64,000 nucleotides of DNA, taken from positions 768,001 to 832,000 of the forward strand of contig JASGHJ010000002.1 of assembly GCA_047602405.1 (NCBI GenBank), given 5' to 3'. The position numbers and the translations under genes were made by a program. Of this stretch, positions 41,223 to 50,399 are shown piece after piece. The DNA is from Anaeromyxobacteraceae bacterium. Lineage in GTDB: Bacteria > Myxococcota > Myxococcia > Myxococcales > Anaeromyxobacteraceae. The notes under the pieces were generated by a model. That model was not told the DNA's origin. It made no database searches and was given only the letters and a program-made list of their open reading frames with translations. Position 1 is the first letter of the stretch; every line of letters starts with the position of its first letter.

Positions 41223-42185
41223 TTCGCCATCGCGGACTACTTCGAGAAGGACGAGGAGCTGAAGCTGCTCCTCCACTTCCTCGGCGGCATCGGGCTCGAC
41301 TTCACCACCGCCGCCGGCGGCGAGGTCAAGGTCGACGACTCCCTGCTCGCCGCGAAGCGGCCGCGCGCCTTCGTCCAGCCGGTCGATCCGCCCGCGGACG
41401 TGCGCCTCTCGGTCAAGCCGTCCGGCGGCCTCGACGACGTCTGGACGCTCTTCCACGAGGCCGGGCACGCGGTGCACTTCGCGCGCGCGACCGTGCAGCC
41501 GTGGGAGAACGTCCTGCTCGGCCACGGCGCGCCCACCGAGGCGTTCGGCGAGTTCTTCCGCCACGCCTTCAGCGACCCGCGCTGGCTGGCCAGGTTCCGC
41601 GAGTTCCGCAAGGCGGAGGGGCGGTCGCTGCCCACGGACGCCGAGCTCTCGGCGACGCTGCGGCGCACCGCGCTCATCGAGATGCTCTACGTCCGCCGCT
41701 ACGCCTTCGCCAAGATCGCCTACGAGCTCAGGCTGCACGGCCGGCCGCTCGCGGAGCTCGCCCCGGCCGTGGCGCTGCTCCCGCACCCGGAGCAGGTGCA
41801 GGACGGCTCGGAGGCCGCGCTGCGCTCGCTGTACCAGCAGCTCTTCTCGCGCGCCTACGGCTTCGCGCTCAGCGACGAGGAGGCGGCCCGCTTCCGCAAC
41901 GACGTGGACGACACCTTCTACTCGGCGGACTACAGCCGGGCGTTCGTGCTCGCGGGGATGACGCACGAGGGGATGCGCAGGAAGTTCGGCGAGGACTGGT
42001 ACGGGAACCCCGGCGTCGGGAAGTTCCTGCGCGAGCAGCTCTTCGCGGCCGGCACCACGCTCTCCGCCGAGGACGTCGCCGCCCGGATGGGCTTCGGCCA
42101 GAAGGTCGACTTCCAGCTCGCCGCCCGCCGGGCCGCGCAGCTCGTGGCCGACGCCGACGCGCTGGAGAAGCCCGCGAGACGCTAG
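41223..42185 (+). pseudogene. 5'-truncated M3-like metallopeptidase fragment
   Basis: FHEAGHAVH zincin motif plus TEAF; protein-like reading frame preceded by TGA at 41220-41222 with no convincing start. Confidence 0.6.
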
Positions 42186-42218
42186 GCGCTCCCCCTGCGG
42201 GCACGGTGTCGTCTCCGC

Positions 42219-42761
42219 TCATCCGTCCAGGCCCACGCGGGCGAGGCGGAGGAAGAACGTCACGAGGCTCCCGACGATCAGGAAGCCGGCGCCGATGATG
42301 CCGAGCACCCACGCCACCGTCTCGGCGGCGTGCGGCCGCTCGAAGAAGAGCAGGCAGTCCTGCTCCCGCAGGCTCCGGCCGAGCCCCTCGATGCGCAGCG
42401 TGTGCGGCCCCGGTGCGGTCACCACGAAGCGGCGGAGCTGGAGCGTGCCCCGCGAGAGGCCGCTCGAGCTCATGCGGAACAGGACCGGCCGCTGCGAGAC
42501 GATCGCGCCGTCCGGTCCCGCGAGCGCGTAGGTGAGCTCCGGCGGGCGCGTGAAGATCGGCCCCTCCATCGTGAGCACCACCGGGCCGGGCGCGGCGAGG
42601 ACCACCTCCTGCTCGGCCGCGAGCGGCACCGTCGCGACGCGCGCCCGGCGGCTGGTCCGGAACACGCCCGCGATGCTCTGGCTGAGGAGGACCACCCCGA
42701 GGACGAGGGTGACGGGGGCGAGCCAGAGGGCGAGGCGGTACGCGCCGGCGAGGAGCGCCAT
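42219..42761 (-). CDS. Hypothetical membrane protein
   Basis: Two TM helices flanking a beta-rich domain. Confidence 0.6.
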   Translation of the reverse strand: MALLAGAYRLALWLAPVTLVLGVVLLSQSIAGVFRTSRRARVATVPLAAEQEVVLAAPGPVVLTMEGPIFTRPPELTYALAGPDGAIVSQRPVLFRMSSSGLSRGTLQLRRFVVTAPGPHTLRIEGLGRSLREQDCLLFFERPHAAETVAWVLGIIGAGFLIVGSLVTFFLRLARVGLDG

Positions 42762-42935
42762 GAAGAGCCTCCTTGGCCGGCGATGCTAGGCCTCCGGGCG
42801 GTCCGGCCGGCCGCGCCAGGTTGTCGCGCCCCGCCAGAGGCCGCGGGTGACGGACCGTGACGCGGCGGTGACCGGCGCCTGCGAGGTTCGGGGCGGCGTC
42901 GACCTCGACCTTCACCTCAGCCCGGAGCGCCACCC

Positions 42936-43592
42936 ATGTGCTTCTCGCCCACCGCGAGCTTCGCCGCGAGCGCCGTCCTCACGTCCACCGGCAGCTACTG
43001 CGTCCGCGAGAGCGTCCGGGGGGATCGCAGGTACCTGCCCCTCGCCCTCCTCCCGCTCCTCTTCGGCGTGCAGCAGGCCGCGGAGGGCGGGGTGTGGCTC
43101 GCGCTCGAGGGAGGGCACGCGCGGCTCGTCGCCGTGTTCTCGTCACTCTTCCTCTTCTTCGCGTTCGGGCTCTGGCCGTTCTACTGCCCGCTCATCGTGC
43201 ACGCGCTGGAAGGGAGGGGGACCGCGCGGCGGAAGGTGCTGCTCGGCCTGATGGTGGCCGGAGGGATCGTGGGCGGCCTCGTATACCTGCCGCTCGTCCT
43301 CGGGACGACCACCTTCACCGCCCGCGTCGTGAACGCCTGCATCGCGTACGAGACCGTCCGGCCCGGCTGGCTGAAGGGCCTCTACACCGGCGCGTACCTC
43401 CTCGTGACCATGGTCCCGTTCCTGATCGCCTCCAGCCGGCGGATCGTCGTCTTCGGGGCGATGCTGGTCGCGGCGGTCGTCGCGACGATGCTCTCCTACC
43501 GGTTCGCCTTCTTCTCCGTCTGGTGCTTCTTCGCGGCGTGGCTCTCGACGTACGTCCTCTACGCGGTCCGGAGGTCGCCGGCGCCGGCGTGA
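42936..43592 (+). CDS. DUF6629-like membrane protein
   Basis: MCFSPTASF...PLLFGVQQAAEG...SVWCFFAA. Confidence 0.8.
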   Translation: MCFSPTASFAASAVLTSTGSYCVRESVRGDRRYLPLALLPLLFGVQQAAEGGVWLALEGGHARLVAVFSSLFLFFAFGLWPFYCPLIVHALEGRGTARRKVLLGLMVAGGIVGGLVYLPLVLGTTTFTARVVNACIAYETVRPGWLKGLYTGAYLLVTMVPFLIASSRRIVVFGAMLVAAVVATMLSYRFAFFSVWCFFAAWLSTYVLYAVRRSPAPA

Positions 43593-43797
43593 CCCGCGAC
43601 GAGCTCCGCGCCCCATCGGGAGGCACCGAGCGGGCCGAGCACGAAGCGCAGTGCAGAACACCATGCCCAGCCCCAGGGCCCGGTGCCGAGTTTTCCGGCT
43701 GCCGGACCGAGGGCCGCTGTCACCATACAGGTGGTCAACCACTCGCGACGTCCATGCGGTAGCTTATCGAGCTGCAACACATCCCCTGGGGAGGCGC

Positions 43798-46035
43798 ATG
43801 GTCGTGAGACGCTTCTGGAGATGGCTCGCGCGTTCTTCGGAGGCGCCCGGCGCTTCGAGCCCGGAGGGGCTCGAGGCCGGAGAGGTTCAGGTCTCGACGG
43901 CCCACCCGTCCCGCGGTTCCATCTTGAGACTGCTCCTCCGCCGGCTCGTGGCCGTCGCGCTCGTCACGACCCTGGTGGTCGGCTCGGCGGTCTCCCTGCT
44001 CGCGGTGCTGCCGGTGTCGAGCCTGCCTTCCCCGCTGGTGATCGTCGCCTGGCGCCTCCGGCTCGCGGTGCGCAAGGCCCGGGGCGATGTCCCCACGCTC
44101 TCCTGGCGGGAGCTCCAGGAGATGGCGCGGGTCAGGGGCGGGTTCGGCCTGAAGGGCTTCGCGCTTCGCACCCAGAGCCTCGAGGGTGCCCTCACCAGCC
44201 CGTACGTCACCCCGGAGGACCACGAGGCGGGAAGCGCCATGTTCCGCGACCGGTGTGCCATGTGTCACGGGGGGCAGGGCGCGGGCATGCACGCCCCGCC
44301 GCTCAACCGCACGCTGAAGCACGGCGACAGCGATCTCGCGATCTACCGGGTGCTCAAGTACGGGGTCCCCGGCACGGCCATGTCCGCGCAGGACCTGCCC
44401 ATGAAGCAGGCGTGGCAGCTCGTCGGCTACGTCAGGATGCTGCAGACGGAGGCCAGCGGCGAGGAGGCCGCCGCCTCCAGCTCACGCCCGCCGGTCTCGG
44501 TGGACGCCGGCCGCCTGCGCGCCGCGGCCGACGCCCCGGACGAGTGGCTGACCTACTCGGGCACGCTCGACGGACGGCACCACTCGCCGCTCGCGGAGAT
44601 CACTCCCAGGAACGTGGACCGGCTGCGGCTCCTCTGGACCCACCAGTTCGAGGAGACGCGGCCGGAGCTCCAGGCGACGCCGCTGGTGGTCGGCGGGGTG
44701 ATCTACACCACCTTGCCCCCCTCGACCGCCGTGGCCCTGGACGTGCGCACCGGCGAGGAGCTCTGGCGGTACGCCCGGCCCATTCCCGACGTGCCCCTGT
44801 GTTGCCGGCGGGTGAACCGCGGCCTCGCGGTCCTGGGCGACAAGGTGTACATGGCGGCGCTCGACGGTTACCTGGTGGCGCTCGACGCTCGCACCGGCGC
44901 CGTGGCGTGGACGGCCATGGTGGGCGACGCGAGCGCCGGGTACAGCATGACCGGGGCACCACTCGCCGTGAACGACATGGTGGTGGTCGGGATCGCGGGA
45001 GGCGAGTTCGGGATCCGCGGCTACATCACCGCGTACGACGCGGAGACCGGGCGCCAGCGGTGGCGGTTCCACACCATCCCGGCTCCCGGCGAACCCGGCA
45101 ACGAGACCTGGACCGGCGACTCGTGGAAGACGGGCGGGGGGCCCACCTGGAACATCGGGTCCTACGACCCGGCCCTGGACCTCATCTACTGGGGCGTGGG
45201 GAATCCCGGCCCGGACTACAACGGCGACGAGCGACCCGGGGACAACCTCTACACCGACAGTGTCGTGGCGGTGCGCGGCGGCACGGGCAAGCTCGCGTGG
45301 CACTTCCAGTTCACGCCCCACGACGAGCACGACTGGGACTCGACACAGGTCCCCATCCTGGCCGACCTCCGCCGCGGGGAGAGGACCGCCAAGGTCATCT
45401 GCTGGCCCAACCGCAACGGCTTCTACTACGTGCTCGACCGGGTGACCGGTGCCTTCCTCTCGGGGACGCCGTTCGTCGAGCAGAACTGGGCGTCCGGGCT
45501 CACGCCCAGCGGCCGCCCCATCCCCCGGAGCTCCGGCACGACCGCCGGGCAGCTGACCCGGCCGGGCGGCAACGGCGGCACCAACTGGCAGAACGCGACC
45601 TACGACGAGAGGCGCGGCCTGGTGTTCGTTCACGCCACCGAGGGCGCGGCGGTCTTCACCAAGGCGGAGCAGACCACCCGCGGACCGATCGGTGCCGCCT
45701 TCCTGGGGAGCGCCGGAGGAAACCGGGAGCCCATCTATCCCTACGTGCGGGCCCTGGGGGCCGGCACGGGGACGATGGCCTGGCAGTACGAGTCCCCCCT
45801 GCCTGCCGACAGGGGGAAGACGGCCCTCTACACGGGCCTGCTCTCCACCGGCGGTGGCGTCGTCTTCGGAGCGTCCAGCGGCGTCTTCTTCGCGCTCGAC
45901 GCGGACACCGGCAAGGAGCGGTGGCGGGTGTCACTGGGCGGAAACACCATGGCCCCGCCGATCTCCTTCCGGCTCGACGGGCGCCAGGTGGTGCTGATCT
46001 CGGCGGGGTCGTCGCTGTTCCTGTTCGGGCTGTAG
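43798..46035 (+). CDS. PQQ-type beta-propeller dehydrogenase with N-terminal TM and cytochrome c domain
   Basis: CAMCH heme motif; CC..VNRG, GGGPTW, WGVGNP.PD, PGDNLYT and FQFTPHDEHDWD motifs. Confidence 0.88.
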   Translation: MVVRRFWRWLARSSEAPGASSPEGLEAGEVQVSTAHPSRGSILRLLLRRLVAVALVTTLVVGSAVSLLAVLPVSSLPSPLVIVAWRLRLAVRKARGDVPTLSWRELQEMARVRGGFGLKGFALRTQSLEGALTSPYVTPEDHEAGSAMFRDRCAMCHGGQGAGMHAPPLNRTLKHGDSDLAIYRVLKYGVPGTAMSAQDLPMKQAWQLVGYVRMLQTEASGEEAAASSSRPPVSVDAGRLRAAADAPDEWLTYSGTLDGRHHSPLAEITPRNVDRLRLLWTHQFEETRPELQATPLVVGGVIYTTLPPSTAVALDVRTGEELWRYARPIPDVPLCCRRVNRGLAVLGDKVYMAALDGYLVALDARTGAVAWTAMVGDASAGYSMTGAPLAVNDMVVVGIAGGEFGIRGYITAYDAETGRQRWRFHTIPAPGEPGNETWTGDSWKTGGGPTWNIGSYDPALDLIYWGVGNPGPDYNGDERPGDNLYTDSVVAVRGGTGKLAWHFQFTPHDEHDWDSTQVPILADLRRGERTAKVICWPNRNGFYYVLDRVTGAFLSGTPFVEQNWASGLTPSGRPIPRSSGTTAGQLTRPGGNGGTNWQNATYDERRGLVFVHATEGAAVFTKAEQTTRGPIGAAFLGSAGGNREPIYPYVRALGAGTGTMAWQYESPLPADRGKTALYTGLLSTGGGVVFGASSGVFFALDADTGKERWRVSLGGNTMAPPISFRLDGRQVVLISAGSSLFLFGL

Positions 46036-46156
46036 CCGCTCTGCGGGGCGGGGAGCGTCCGGGGATACGACTCGGCCCAAGCTCCTCTCCAAGGTCGCCG
46101 AGGACGGCGCCGAGGAGGACGCTGGCGACGCGAAGCTCGGCTTCGTCGAGAACAGC

Positions 46157-46283
46157 GAGGTGTTCTACAACCAGCAGCGGCGTCACTCGGCCATCGGCTA
46201 CGTCAGCCCGGCCGAGTTGGAGAGGGCAGCAAGGTTGAGGTCAGCAGCTTAGCCAACCTGTCCACCGAACAGGATCAAGCCCA
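46157..46283 (+). mobile_element. IS3-family remnant (OrfB 3' end plus right IR)
   Basis: EVFYNQQRRHSAIGYVSPAELE...*, then CTGTCCACCGAACAGGATCAAGCCCA ending in CA. Confidence 0.8.
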
Positions 46284-46466
46284 GACGCCATCCCGGACAT
46301 GGCGAGCGCGATGACAGGCACTCGGAGAGTCGGTTGCATGCGACACATTACTCGCCGGAGGGCGCATCCCGCCGCTTCCATCTTCCTCCCCCATCTCACG
46401 CCGCGTGCGGTAGCAGGTGAGTTGCGCCCGGCGACCGTTCGCTTCGGGAGGAGGGTGGCGCGTCCC

Positions 46467-47369
46467 TCAGTTGCACCAGTCAACGCCCACCAGGCTCCAC
46501 CCGTCCGCTGTTGCGGCGAGGTCGAAGAAGTACTCCGTCGCCAGCGTCTTCGAGCGGAGCGCGACCGTGTAGCCGCCAAGCTGCACGGCCCTTGCGGTCA
46601 CGTCGGTGGTTGCGTCGGGCGCACTCGCAACGTCTAGGGCGGAGTGGGTGCGGATGTCGTTCCCGCAGGTGCCCAACTCTTCCGCAGAGAAGAAGAAGGC
46701 GTGGAAGTCGCAACCGGAACCGAGCGCCTTGGCCAGAGCTTCTCGCGGCACCTGGTCATCGCTGCACGTCAGGCCTTGAGGGGCTATCAGCGCCAAGATG
46801 CGTGCCGTGTTGCGAGTCCGAATAGCCTCCACGAGGTCACGAGCGACCTCGCGAACATCGAAATGTCGGCCGCTCTCCGCCTTCCCGTCGCCCTCAACAG
46901 GGCGGTTAAGAGTCTTCGCCAACGAAAGTCCCCGCGTGCGCACGTCCGCAATGCACCAGCGGCTTCCCTGGAACGAGAGGTCGAAGTCGATGTTGGTCGT
47001 GGTCTCGGGCGGGCCTTCGTAGCTCGCTCGCACTCGCGCGGTGCGTCCACGCCTCATGGTCTGCTTCAGCTTCAGGGTAGTGAGCCAGTCCTCGTCGAAG
47101 TCGTTGCCACCCATCAGCGGGTCCCAGTCCAGGTTGCAGATGCTCTTGTTTCGGCGGGAGCACTCTCTGTCGGCCACCAGGAGTGCGCGGAGCTTCGGGC
47201 AGTACCGCTCCTCAATACGGGAGCGGTACTCCTGAGCATGGGGGCCACGTAGCTCAAGCGCGTCCTTCTCAAGTGCGTAGACGTCTCGAACCGCGTCCAG
47301 TGGCGTCGTGGCCGGAGAGGCGCCAGTCACCTGAACGACGAGAACGGAGGCCATGACGAGGACGCTCAT
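46467..47369 (-). CDS. Secreted hypothetical protein (DUF3828-like N-terminal domain)
   Basis: Signal-like N-terminus; ICNLDWDPL.GGND...W.IADV; visibly more AT-rich than the flanks. Confidence 0.65.
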   Translation of the reverse strand: MSVLVMASVLVVQVTGASPATTPLDAVRDVYALEKDALELRGPHAQEYRSRIEERYCPKLRALLVADRECSRRNKSICNLDWDPLMGGNDFDEDWLTTLKLKQTMRRGRTARVRASYEGPPETTTNIDFDLSFQGSRWCIADVRTRGLSLAKTLNRPVEGDGKAESGRHFDVREVARDLVEAIRTRNTARILALIAPQGLTCSDDQVPREALAKALGSGCDFHAFFFSAEELGTCGNDIRTHSALDVASAPDATTDVTARAVQLGGYTVALRSKTLATEYFFDLAATADGWSLVGVDWCN

Positions 47370-47450
47370 GCCCGCATCCTCCCCCATCTCACGCCGCGTG
47401 CGGGAGGGTACGGGTGCGCCAAGCGACCTCAGAGATGACCGAGGGACGAG

Positions 47451-47896
47451 CTACCCGTTACCCCAGAAATGGAACACGTACACCGAGGAGCCGTCGCTAG
47501 AGACCTGTACGTAGCCTACGGCCTTGCTCGTCTCGCCGGTGCCCGGGGTCTCGCGCGTCCATCCTGAGTCGAACCGCATCACCGTCGATGGCACCGATAG
47601 GAAGTGCGGCTCGGTACCCGGCGAGCCGGCCACCGGCGTGCTCTCGACGCTCTTCATGTCGATGAACCTCCAGCCGTTGCGCTCGGCAAAGGCCCTTGCT
47701 TCGGCTTCGGAGAACGAACGGCCATCGCACGCCGCCCATCGCAGCCCGCGTGTGCCACCCCAAGGCCCCTGGTGCTCGTGTGCTCGCGAAGGCAGTTCGG
47801 GTGGAACTTGGTCCAGAAGCCAGCAGGACCCGGGGAACGGGAGCATCCGACGAGGGCGACCAGCAGGGCCAGCAGGGTCAGGCGGCGAGGGGCCAC
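47451..47896 (-). CDS. Hypothetical lipoprotein (frameshift near 47770)
   Basis: LLALLVALVGC lipobox ORF joins the ORF QGPWGG...HFWGNG by a 1 nt shift. Confidence 0.55.
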
Positions 47897-47970
47897 ATCG
47901 CCATCCTCCCCTATCTCACGCTCCGTGCGGAGGAGACCAAGCGGAGGAGACCAAGGGAGACCAAGCCCGG

Positions 47971-48003
47971 AAAAGAAGAAGCCCCGTGATTAGCGGGGCT
48001 TCT
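47971..48003 (-). terminator. Intrinsic terminator of tmRNA
   Basis: AGAAGCCCCG/CGGGGCTTCT stem followed by TCTTTT on the minus strand. Confidence 0.8.
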
Positions 48004-48004
48004 A

Positions 48005-48353
<349 letters not shown>

Positions 48354-48500
48354 TGAACGGCAACTGCGGCGATGCAGACTCCCGTACACGTAAGGCTTCC
48401 GCCGCCCGAGTCAAGGCGGCGGGCGGAACCTAGCAGGTCTACGGACGTGGCGGAACCCCTGTGGCGGCGCGGGGTTCCTCGCGGGGCGCCCGGCCGGCCG

Positions 48501-49337
48501 TCAGGGGACCGTGACGTTCGCGGCCTGCACCAGGAACGTGCCGTTCGCCTTGATGCGCACCTGGTTCGACTCGAGCGTCGTCGTCGCGGCGACGCTCGTG
48601 GTCGAGTTTCCGCCCACGGAGGTGCTCGCGCTGCCGCCCACGGACGTGCTCGCGCTCCCGCCGATCGACGTGGCCGCGTTCCCCGCGACGGTCGTGGTCG
48701 AGGTGCTGCCGATCGAGGTCGTCGCGGTCCGGCCGACGTGCTCGGTCCGGTCGTTGCCGATGGTCTCGGCGACGCTGCCGCCCACGCTGACCGACGCGTC
48801 CGCGCCGACGGAGGTCACGGCGTTGCCGCCGACGGAGGTCGACGCGTGCGAGGCGACGATGGTGTCCGAGCTGCCCGCGACGGAGGTGGTCGAGTCGTGG
48901 CCGATGGACACGCTCGAGTCGCGACCGACGCCGACGGTGAGGTCCGTGCCGACCGCGAGCGTGAAGGTGCGGTCGACCCGGAGCGAGAGGTCCCGGAGCG
49001 CGGTGAGCGCGACGTCGGCCGGGAACTGCAGCTCCGCGGCGTTCACCTTCACGACGGCGCGGCCGCTCGAGGTGTCGAGCGTCAGCGCGCCGCCGAGGGC
49101 GCTCGTGGTGTTCGCGGCGACGGTGGCGCTCAGGCTCGCGACGGCGGCCTTGAGCGCGGCGACCTCCGCCTGCGTGGCCTGAAGCGCGGCGCGGGTGGCG
49201 GCGAGCTCGGCCTTGAGCTGGGCGAGGCCGCGGTCGCCGTGATGGTCGTCGCGGTCGTCGTGGGACTTGCGGCCGTCGGCGAGCGCGGGGCTCGCGAGGG
49301 TCAGGGCCGCGAGGGCGGCGAGGACGAGGCGGGTCAT
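48501..49337 (-). CDS. Secreted protein with coiled coil and gp5/VgrG-like beta-helix repeats
   Basis: Signal peptide (ASPALA-D), heptad coil, and about 15 octapeptide (V/I)GxxxxxS/T repeats. Confidence 0.75.
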   Translation of the reverse strand: MTRLVLAALAALTLASPALADGRKSHDDRDDHHGDRGLAQLKAELAATRAALQATQAEVAALKAAVASLSATVAANTTSALGGALTLDTSSGRAVVKVNAAELQFPADVALTALRDLSLRVDRTFTLAVGTDLTVGVGRDSSVSIGHDSTTSVAGSSDTIVASHASTSVGGNAVTSVGADASVSVGGSVAETIGNDRTEHVGRTATTSIGSTSTTTVAGNAATSIGGSASTSVGGSASTSVGGNSTTSVAATTTLESNQVRIKANGTFLVQAANVTVP

Positions 49338-49510
49338 GTGAGGTTCCCCCCGGCGCAGCCCCGGGGGCGAGGGCGCGCGTCCACCCATCGATAACGGGCG
49401 GCCGGGCGGGCGCACCCCTCTCGCCGGACGCCCCGGATCGAGGCCGTGCCGGCGCGATGTCAAGCCGACCCAGCCCACACGTGAGGCTTCGGCCACCCGA
49501 GTCGCGGCGT

Positions 49511-49873
49511 CTACCGGGTCCGAGCCGTGACGACCAGGCACTCCTCGCGCCAGAAGAGGATCCCGGTCTGGTGCAGGTCCACCTGCACGTCCGAGAGCGG
49601 GGCGCCGTTCGCCGCCTCGCTCGCCTTCCGGAGCGCCTCGCGGTAGCCACCCTCGCCCCAGGCGACGCTGAGGGTGGCGGACGGCACGGGGACCGCGAGC
49701 CCGCGGCGGCACGCCTCGCCGCGCACATCGCGCGTGCCGGCGCCGACGTCGCCACGGCACGCGAGCGGGCCGGCGCTGTCCTCGAAGAGGACGCCCACGG
49801 GCTGAGGGAAGGCGAGCCGCGGCAGGCACCCCGCCGCGGGCAGCGCGAGCAGGGCGAGCAGGAGCGGTCTCAC
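49511..49873 (-). CDS. TRL-like lipoprotein
   Basis: Lipobox AAGC; GEAC...VAWGEGGY..A...DV.VD. Confidence 0.65.
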   Translation of the reverse strand: MRPLLLALLALPAAGCLPRLAFPQPVGVLFEDSAGPLACRGDVGAGTRDVRGEACRRGLAVPVPSATLSVAWGEGGYREALRKASEAANGAPLSDVQVDLHQTGILFWREECLVVTARTR

Positions 49874-50211
49874 TTGACGATCCTCCCGGTCACCCGGGTG
49901 CAGGCCTTCTGGTAGACCCCGAGCACGTTGAAGAGCGTGGTGTCCGCGCGGACGTCGGCGAGCTGGTGGGCGCCCGAGCTCGCCTTCGCGTTCGCGACGG
50001 CGGCCGCGTAGCCGGCGTCACCCCAGGCCACGAGATAGAGGACGGCGTGATCGCACGCGACGCCCTCGGCCTCCGGGGCGCCCTCCGCCTTCGCCTCCTG
50101 CAGCGTGGCCGCGCGGTACGCGAGGGGCGTGGTGACGTTGGTGTAGAGGCAGCCGGAGCAGAGGATCGACGCGGCGGAGGCGGCGAAGAGGCGGGAGAGG
50201 CGACGGGACAT
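49870..50211 (-). CDS. TRL-like lipoprotein
   Basis: CSGC lipobox; GVAC...LVAWGDAGY.AA...NVLGVY...CT.VTG. Confidence 0.7.
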   Translation of the reverse strand: MSRRLSRLFAASAASILCSGCLYTNVTTPLAYRAATLQEAKAEGAPEAEGVACDHAVLYLVAWGDAGYAAAVANAKASSGAHQLADVRADTTLFNVLGVYQKACTRVTGRIVK

Positions 50212-50399
50212 GTCGAGGCTCCTTCGGTTGGAGGACGGCGGAGGAGTCCAGCGGACGAGGACTCCGCGCGCGCCAGGCGCGCCGGTGGACCTCGTACGCC
50301 CGGTCCGGAGGTCGGAGAAGCTGCACGGCGGGTCACCTCCCGCGGGTGCGCCGAGGCGGCCCCGGCAATGTCAGACCCCTCCTGTACACCTGTGTAGTC

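Larger units (their letters stand above)
46384..47930 (-). repeat. Three dispersed 27 bp repeats, each just upstream of a minus-strand gene
   Basis: TCCTCCCCCATCTCACGCCGCGTGCGG at 46384-46410 and 47377-47403 (identical) and 47904-47930 (24/27). Confidence 0.9.

Noticed and set aside
46384..47930. 27 bp repeats as a CRISPR array or integron attC sites
   Set aside because: Spacing is 0.5-1 kb with genes between copies; there are no cas genes, no RYYYAAC/GTTRRRY boxes and no intI.
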